The translations under genes were made by a program, and so were the position numbers. Below are positions 1-5,696 of a stretch of DNA of 5,696 nucleotides, one piece after another. The first letter of the stretch is position 1; the number at the start of each line of letters is the position of its first letter. Source of the stretch: Octopus sinensis (lineage: Eukaryota); contig NW_021829946.1 in NCBI RefSeq assembly GCF_006345805.1, forward strand, positions 1 to 5,696, given 5' to 3'. The notes beneath the pieces are model-generated. The model was not told where the DNA came from. It saw only the letters and a program-made list of their open reading frames with translations, and ran no database searches.

Positions 1-885
1 TAGTAGATACACAGCCGACAACTGATGAAGGTCCTTTCTTCGTCTTTGCTTGTCCTATTTTCCATTTCTTTTTCTCTTGGTTACGTATTTAACGCGTTTG
101 TTTACGTATTTCATGTTATTTCCACCATCGGTGACGTCCTCGGCTATCGGCTGTCTTGCTAGAAATAAGGAGTCGTAGATAGACGGCCGACAACTGATGA
201 AGGGTCCTTTCTTCGTGTTTGTTTGTCCTGTTTTCCATTTTTTTTCTAGTTGGTTACATATTTAACGCGTTTGTTTACGTATTTCATGTCATTTCCACCG
301 TCGGTGACGTCCTCAGCCATCGGCTGTCTTGCTAGAAATAAGGAGTAGTAGATACACAGCCGACAACTGATGAAGGGTCCTTTCTTCGTCTTTGCTTGTC
401 CTATTTTCCATTTCTTTTTCTCGTTGGTTACGTATTTAACGCGTTTGTTTACGTATTTCATGTTATTTCCACCATCGGTGACGTCCTCGGCTATCGGCTG
501 TCTTGCTAGAAATAAGGAGTAGTAGATACACAGCCGACAACTGATGAAGGGTCCTTTCTTCGTCTTTGCTTGTCCTATTTTCCATTTCTTTTTCTCGTTG
601 GTTACGTATTTAACGCGTTTGTTTACGTATTTCATGTTATTTCCACCATCGGTGACGTCCTCGGCTATCGGCTGTCTTGCTAGAAATAAGGAGTCGTAGA
701 TACACAGCCGACAACTGATGAAGGGTCCTTTCTTCGTCTTTGCTTGTCCTATTTTCCATTTCTTTTTCTCGTTGGTTACGTATTTAACGCGTTTGTTTAC
801 GTATTTCATGTTATTTCCACCATCGGTGACGTCCTCGGCTATCGGCTGTCTTGCTAGAAATAAGGAGTAGTAGACAGACAGCCGA
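1..885. repeat. 174-bp tandem satellite: 5 full units plus a short partial, running off the left edge
   Basis: Seen in sequence: units begin t[a/c]gtagata at 1, 173, 346, 520 and 694, with a partial at 868 (spacings 172, 173, 174, 174, 174). Units 3-5 are near-identical. Unit 1 has two 1-bp deletions. Unit 2 has about 12 substitutions and 1 deletion. Similarity ends after ...acagccga at about 885. Confidence 0.97.
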
Positions 886-960
886 AATAAGGACATAAGA
901 GGTCTTAAATGCACCATTACGAGGTTTTCGCCTGAATTATACTCTGTATGTTTCTTTAAG

Positions 961-1010
961 TCTTTTATCCGTTTCTGTGCTAAGGCTGTGAGCCAAGCTG
1001 GAGCACCGCC
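961..1010 (-). mobile_element. Decayed 3' tail fragment of an octopus-type SINE
   Basis: gctggagcaccgcc (997-1010) and the bases to its left align loosely with the reverse complement of the tail of the full SINE in this window (ggcggtgtgctccagcatgggcgcagtc...aagtaaaaaaga, about 5388-5438). The match is short and degenerate. Confidence 0.5.
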
Positions 1011-1090
1011 AGTGCAACGTTTTCGTTCAGAGATCCAGTCTTTTCATCCTTTCAGAGTCGATAAAACAAAACCGTGATACGTATTACTAA

Positions 1091-2160
1091 TCCTCTCCTC
1101 CTCTTCTTCTTCTTCTTCTTCTCTTTCCTCCTCCCCTCCTCTCTTCTTCTCCTTACTCCTCCTCCTCCTCTACTTCTTCTTCTCTTTCCTCCTCCTCCTC
1201 TTCTCCTTCTCCTTCTCCTTCCTCTTCTTCTCCTTCCTCTTCCTCTTCTTCTCCTTGTTCCTCCTCTTCTTCCACCTCCTCCTCACCCTCTTCTTCCTTC
1301 TCCTCTTCTTCCTCCTCCTTCTCTTCTTCTTCCTTCTCCTCTTCTTCCACCTCTCCCTCCTCTTCTTCTTCCTTCTCTTCTTCCTCCTCCTCATTTTCTT
1401 CTTCCTCTCTCTCCTCTTCCTCTCCCTCCTCTTCTTCCTCTCCCTCCTCTTCTTCTTCCTTCTCCTCCTCTTCCTCTTCTTCTGTTCCTCTCCCTCCTCT
1501 TCTTCCTCTCCTTCCTCTTCTAGTTCCTCTCCCTCCTCTTCTTCTTCCCTTTCTTCTTCCTCTGCCTCCTCTTCTTCTTCCCTTTCTTCTTCCACTCCCT
1601 CCTCTTCTTGTTCCTCTCCCTCCTCTTCTTCTTCCCTTTCTTCTTCCTCACTCTCCACTTCTTCCCTTTCTTCCTCACTCTCCTCTTCTTCCCTTTCTTC
1701 TTCCTCACTCTCCTCTTCTTCCCTTTCTTCTTCCTCACTCTCCTCTTCTTCTTCCCCCTCTTCCTGCTCTTCTTGTTCCTCTCCCTCCTCTTCTTCTTCC
1801 CTTTCTTCTTCCACTCCCTCCTCTTCTTGTTCCTCTCCCTCCTCTTCTTCTTCCCTTTCTTCTTCCTCACTCCTCTTCTTCCCTTTCTTCTCCCTCCACT
1901 TCCTCTCCCTCCTCTTCTTCTTCCCTTTCTTCTTTCTCCTCCTCTTCTTCTTCATCTTCTTCCTCCTCCTCCACTACTTCTTCTTCTTCCGCCTCCTCTA
2001 CTTCTTCATATTCTTCTTCCTCCTCCTCCTCCTCCTCCTCTGCTTCTTCTTCATCTCCTTCCTCCTCCTCCTCCTCTACTTCTTCATATTCTCCTTCCTC
2101 CCTCCTCCTCTTGTTCTTCCTCCTCCTCTTCCTCCTCCACCCCATTCCTCCTCCTCCTCC
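1091..2160. repeat. Polypyrimidine/polypurine low-complexity tract, compound (CTT)n/(CCT)n with internal higher-order repeats
   Basis: Almost entirely C/T on the plus strand for about 1070 bp. It contains an 89-bp exact duplication (1565-1653 = 1784-1872) and about 30-bp tandem units tcactctcctcttcttccctttcttcttcc at about 1648-1750. Confidence 0.97.
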
Positions 2161-2447
2161 TAAAATATCCGGTTTTGTGACAACGTGTCTTGGTGCCGAA
2201 GCCGTTGCTGTGGAGCCTGGAAACGTCGAAGCGTCGATCACCGCCATTCCGATGGCGAACCAAGAGGAAAGAGGGCTACAAAATCAACTCAGGCAAAGTC
2301 GCGAGCTGGGCACCTCGACGGTGGCGGCCTCTGTCGCTGGACTGGCGGTCCACTAAAAAGGTCCTTGGAGTCTGGTTTGAACAAGACATCTAACTGGACA
2401 GAAACGGGAAAAAGATCGCAAGCAAAATGGCCAATCTCATTCAGAAA
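2161..2447 (+). mobile_element. Degenerate, frameshifted fragment of a non-LTR retrotransposon (L1/Tx1-like) ORF2, C-terminal part of the reverse transcriptase
   Basis: Stitching the three plus frames gives collinear motifs: GYKINSGK (2274-2297), ELGT (about 2303), RWTGGPLK (2335-2358), KVLGVWFEQD (2358-2387), NWTE (2392-2403) and MANLIQK. This matches the G.KIN..KS ... K.LG(V/I).F ... NW pattern that follows the YADD motif in L1/Tx1 RTs. GAEAVAV (2192-2212) lies about 27 codons upstream of GxKIN, roughly where YADDVTV is expected. Recognised from family knowledge, not from a search. Confidence 0.7.
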
Positions 2448-2495
2448 AGTAGTAGTAGTAGTAGCAGCAGCAGCAGTAGTAGTAGCAGCAGCAGC

Positions 2496-2527
<32 letters not shown>

Positions 2528-2555
2528 CAGCAGCAGCAGTAGTAGTAGCAGCAGC

Positions 2556-2587
<32 letters not shown>

Positions 2588-2671
2588 CAGCAGCAGCAGT
2601 AGTAGTAGCAGCAGCAGCAGTAGTAGTAGTAGTAGTAGTAGTATAAGCAGCAGCAGCAGCAGTAGTGAGTT

Positions 2672-2724
<53 letters not shown>

Positions 2725-2823
2725 CAGCAGCAGCAGTAGTAGTAGCAGCAGCAGCAGTAAAAGTAGTAGTAGTAGTAGTAGTAGAGTAGTAGTAGCAGCA
2801 GCAGCAGTAGTAGTAGCAGCAGC

Positions 2824-2870
<47 letters not shown>

Positions 2871-2958
2871 CAGCAGCTAGCAGTAGTAGTCGCAGCAGCA
2901 GCAGTAAAAGTAGTAGTAGAGTAGTAGTGCAGAGCAGCTAGTAGTAGTCAGCAGCAGC

Positions 2959-2990
<32 letters not shown>

Positions 2991-3089
2991 CAGCAGCAGC
3001 AGTAGTAGTAGCAGCAGCAGCAGTAAAAGTAGTAGTAGTCTTAGTAGTAGCCAGCAGCAGCAGTAGTAGTAGTAGCAGCAGTAAAAGTA

Positions 3090-3134
<45 letters not shown>

Positions 3135-3501
3135 CAGCAGCAGCAGTAGTAGTAGTAGCAGCAGTAAAAGTAGTAGTAGTAGTAGTAGTAGCAGCAGCAG
3201 CAGTAGTAGTAGTAGCAGCAGTAGTAGTAGTAGTAGTAGTAGCAGTAGTAGTAGTAGCAGCAGCAGTAGTAGCAGCAGCAGTAGTAGTAGTAGTAGTAGC
3301 AGTAGTAGTAGTAGCAGCAGTAGTAGTAGTAGTAGTAGTAGCAGTAGTAGTAGTAGCAGCAGCAGTAGTAGCAGCAGCAGTAGTAGTAGTAGTAGTAGCA
3401 GCAGCAGCAGTAGTAGTAGTAGTAGTAGCAGCAGCAGTAATAGTAGTAGAAGTAGTAGTAGTAGTAGCAGCAGTAATAGTAGTAGAAGTAGTAGTAGTAG
3501 T

Positions 3502-3536
<35 letters not shown>

Positions 3537-3546
3537 TAGTAGTAGT
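2448..3546. repeat. Compound trinucleotide microsatellite (AGT)n/(AGC)n, about 1.1 kb
   Basis: Alternating runs of agt and agc with rare interruptions: gtaaaagta at 2757, 2904, 3023, 3081 and 3164; gtaatagtagtagaagta at 3437 and 3473. Confidence 0.98.
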
Positions 3547-3766
3547 TTGTTAATTGTCACTTTGCTAGCGGTAAGATGGTAAAATTTTCAACTTATCTTG
3601 TCTACTTGAGCCGTTTAAGAGAAACTTTATTTTTCCTCGCGGTACATACGTGAATTCAATGACCAAATCGAATAAATTCAGTTTTCTTTTTGCTTCTTCA
3701 AAATAAAATTACTTAAAATGCATCGCCGACGTATTTTAAGTATTTATAAGGAAAATTGTTAATTCA

Positions 3767-3889
3767 TGACGTCAAAATAAAACCATCTCGAAATTTCCAT
3801 ACGAAATACAAAGCGAAGGAAGAAATATCAAATGTATTACCTCCCTTTAATCTCCTGTGTTGAAAAATAAGGAAATGACATGACGTCAT
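3767..3889. promoter_or_regulatory. Two perfect CRE-type palindromes (TGACGTCA), possible CREB/ATF sites
   Basis: tgacgtca at 3767-3774 and 3881-3888 (the second within the 10-bp palindrome atgacgtcat). The motif match is direct, but function is unsupported because no gene or TSS is visible. Confidence 0.25.
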
Positions 3890-3919
3890 AATTTAATATT
3901 TTATTCATTTTATTCAAAA

Positions 3920-4498
3920 CTAGCAGTATTGCCCGGTTCAATGGGGATTTCAGGGGAGAGTTTCAGGGAGTCGCTGGCGATGTATCGTGATGATCAAAAA
4001 TCCGGCCTGCTAAAATTTGGTTAAAGTGATTCAAACTGCAGACTCAACGCAAAATGGTCATATTTAATTCAAAGCATTAAAAATGTTATGAAAACAATAG
4101 GTATGTGTTCACAAGGTCCAAACGATTAATACGAAAAAACCCTCCCGGCTACATCCCGAAAATTCATTTCTTTGCCAAATTTCTACAATGTTTACGGCGA
4201 TTACTTTTTATATCTTGATTTTTTATTTTTCATGCAATTTACGCATTCTTGCACGCGTGGTGAACACAGTTCACGTCAAACAGCTGACTGGGTATAGTTC
4301 ACTATTCAATGCATGGGATAAGGCCTAAACAAACACATTATCGATTTTTGCACTTGCGAGATGAATTTCGGAACAGAAATAGCGCAGTTCAATTTTCATT
4401 CGCCTAAACTTTAAGTGACCCATTTTTTGGTGGTTCTACGATTTGTTGGCTAGGAGGAGATGTGCCGGGAAGTTAAACACACAGACTATATATATAGA
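3920..4498 (-). mobile_element. Putative non-autonomous Helitron (579 bp)
   Basis: On the minus strand it starts TCTATATATATAGTCTGTGTG (4498 downward) and ends ...CCGGGCAATACTGCTAG (3920). It sits between a host A and T with no target-site duplication. These are canonical Helitron termini (5'-TC ... CTRR-3', AT insertion). The expected subterminal GC hairpin is only degenerate (cccc-attgaac-cggg, 3932-3946). No coding capacity. Confidence 0.6.
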
Positions 4499-4749
4499 TG
4501 TCTTATGATACAAAGTTTGTGTGGACTTGCAGAGTCGTTTGCACATTGAACAAAATGGTAAGCGGAATCTCTTCCGACCCACTACGTTCTAATAATATAT
4601 ATTAGCGATAGAGGGAGCATCAGTACCGAGAGATAATATTTATCTCCACTTAAATATGCGGTAGATACCATTTCGTTTATATCGCTAACAGGGAGATAAC
4701 TCTCCGCAACCACCAGCGCGAACACGACCAGACCATGTGATTTCGACCT

Positions 4750-4976
4750 TATTTACTCTTGTCAGTGATGGACGCTCAACTGCTAGGGATAGTAGCGACT
4801 GATCCCCCTGCTAGTGATATATATTCTTTTATTCCAATACTTATTATTTTAAACCTGGTACTTCTTCCTTCAGTCCCATTTTTGTCGAACCTCAAAGTTA
4901 GCGAGACGTAAACACACCAACAACGGTTGTCAAGCGGTGGTGGAAAGCAAACACAAACACAAAGACACACTCACAA
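4750..4976 (-). mobile_element. Old, diverged 3' half of the same SINE family as 5006-5444, in inverted orientation
   Basis: 4851-4965 (aaacctggtacttcttcc...tttttgtcgaacctcaaagtta...gacgtaaacacacc...ttgtcaagcggtggtgg...caaacacaaacacaaa) aligns collinearly with the reverse complement of about 5242-5350, roughly 70% identity by eye. 4752-4788 aligns with the reverse complement of the tail at about 5396-5434. Confidence 0.85.
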
Positions 4977-5005
4977 ATATATATATATATATATATATAC
5001 ATATA
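4977..5005. repeat. (AT)n microsatellite, left flank of the SINE
   Basis: Run of atatat... with a single c interruption at 5000. Confidence 0.95.
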
Positions 5006-5444
5006 GGCGCAGGAGTGGCTGTGTAGTAAGTAGCTTGCTTACCAACCACATCGTTCCGGGTTCAGTCCCATTGCGTGGCATCTTGGGCAAGTGCCTTCTA
5101 CTATAGCCTCGGGCCGACCAAAACCTTGTGAGTGGATTTGCTAGACGGAAACTGAAAGAAGCCCGTCGTATAAGTGTGTGTGTGTCTGTGTGCGTGTGTG
5201 TGTGCGTGTGTGTATGTATGTGTCTGTGTGTGTGTATATGTTTTTGTGTCTGTGTTTGTCCCCCCAACATCGCTTGACAATGGTGATGTGTTTATGTCCC
5301 CGTAACTTAGCGGTTCGGCAAAAGAGACCAATAGAATAAGTACTAGGCTTACAAAAGATAAGTCCCGGGTCGATTTGCTCGACTAAAGGCGGTGTGCTCC
5401 AGCATGGGCGCAGTCAAATGACTGACAAGTAAAAAAGAAAGAGA
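5006..5444 (+). mobile_element. Full-length tRNA-derived CORE-type SINE (octopus OR-like family)
   Basis: tRNA-like head with a Pol III A-box-like motif (tggctgtgtag, 5016-5026) and a B-box-like motif (ggttcagtccc, 5059-5069). This is followed by a CORE-like segment gtggcatcttgggcaagtgcctt...agcctc (5075-5110; compare MIR core gtgaccttgggcaagtcactt...agcctc), an internal (TG)n at about 5174-5258, 3' stem-loops (gtcga-tttgc-tcgac 5369-5383; cagtca-aa-tgactg 5411-5424) and an A-rich tail. The family name is from recall and needs a Dfam/Repbase check. Confidence 0.9.
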
Positions 5445-5463
5445 ATATATATATATATATATA
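5445..5463. repeat. (AT)n microsatellite, right flank of the SINE
   Basis: Run of atatat... directly after the SINE tail. Confidence 0.95.
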
Positions 5464-5527
5464 CAGAAAAACGCCCCTCGATGCTGAGTTGTCAAACATT
5501 TAAACCAAATTTTCTCAAAACAACTTG

Positions 5528-5696
5528 TCTTCCCTTTCTTCTTCCCTCCTCCCCTCCTCTCTTGTTTTCCTCTCCCTCCTCTTCTTCTTCCCTTTTCTTC
5601 CTTCTCCTCCTCCTCCCTCCTCCACTTCTTTTTCCTCTCCCTCCTCTTCTTCCTTCATTCCCTTTCTTTCTTCCACTCCCCCTCTTCTTGTTCCTC
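5528..5696. repeat. Second (CTT/CCT)n polypyrimidine tract, running off the right edge
   Basis: Nearly pure C/T on the plus strand, and it shares specific interrupted motifs with 1091-2160. Confidence 0.93.

Noticed and set aside
530-703. Canonical plus-strand hammerhead ribozyme from CTGATGA (541-547) and GAAA (683-686)
   Set aside because: No stem II joins the bases after CTGATGA to those before GAAA, and no stem III with an NUH site can be built. Kept only as a hypothesis in the findings.
1-885. CRISPR array
   Set aside because: Whole 174-bp units repeat with no unique spacers, there are no cas genes, and the context is eukaryotic.
1040-1075. Possible plus-strand fragment of a second octopus SINE family (ttttcatcctttcagagtcgataaaa)
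   Set aside because: The resemblance is from memory only, is about 30 bp long, and has no in-window copy to confirm it.
1074-2180. Plus-strand Leu/Pro/Ser/Phe-rich ORFs and minus-strand Lys/Arg-rich ORFs
   Set aside because: Pure pyrimidine or purine tracts cannot encode stop codons, so nearly all frames are open; there is no domain or gene structure.
2185-3560. Poly-Ser, poly-Val/Ala and 227-aa poly-Leu ORFs
   Set aside because: These are direct translations of the (AGT/AGC)n microsatellite.
3871-3883. 13-bp match (ggaaatgacatga) to the reverse complement of satellite unit 2 at about 284-296
   Set aside because: A single 13-mer match in AT-rich sequence of this length is plausible by chance and does not extend.
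5006-5078. Functional tRNA gene
   Set aside because: A- and B-box-like motifs are present, but I could not build a good cloverleaf and the sequence continues directly into the SINE CORE and tail, so it is a tRNA-derived SINE head.
4776-5331. Three short minus-strand ORFs (64, 99 and 76 aa)
   Set aside because: They lie within SINE copies and (TG)n/(AT)n repeats; the HT and YI runs are microsatellite translations.

Overview
Repeat-dominated eukaryotic (animal) non-coding DNA, most likely a cephalopod such as Octopus. That assignment comes from my recognition of an octopus-type tRNA-derived CORE-SINE, not from a search. No credible intact protein-coding gene is present; the long ORFs in the track come from repeats. 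In order, the window holds: the end of a 174-bp tandem satellite with internal inverted repeats (1-885); a decayed SINE tail; a ~1.07-kb (CTT/CCT)n polypyrimidine tract; a ~290-bp frameshifted L1/Tx1-type LINE reverse-transcriptase relic; a ~1.1-kb (AGT/AGC)n microsatellite; AT-rich DNA with two perfect CRE palindromes; a ~580-bp putative non-autonomous Helitron (minus strand); a cluster of short hairpins; an old minus-strand SINE copy facing away from a young full-length plus-strand copy flanked by (AT)n; and the start of a second polypyrimidine tract. I cannot support a claim of a new biological system. The best leads are the structured 174-bp satellite, the inverted SINE pair and the hairpin cluster.
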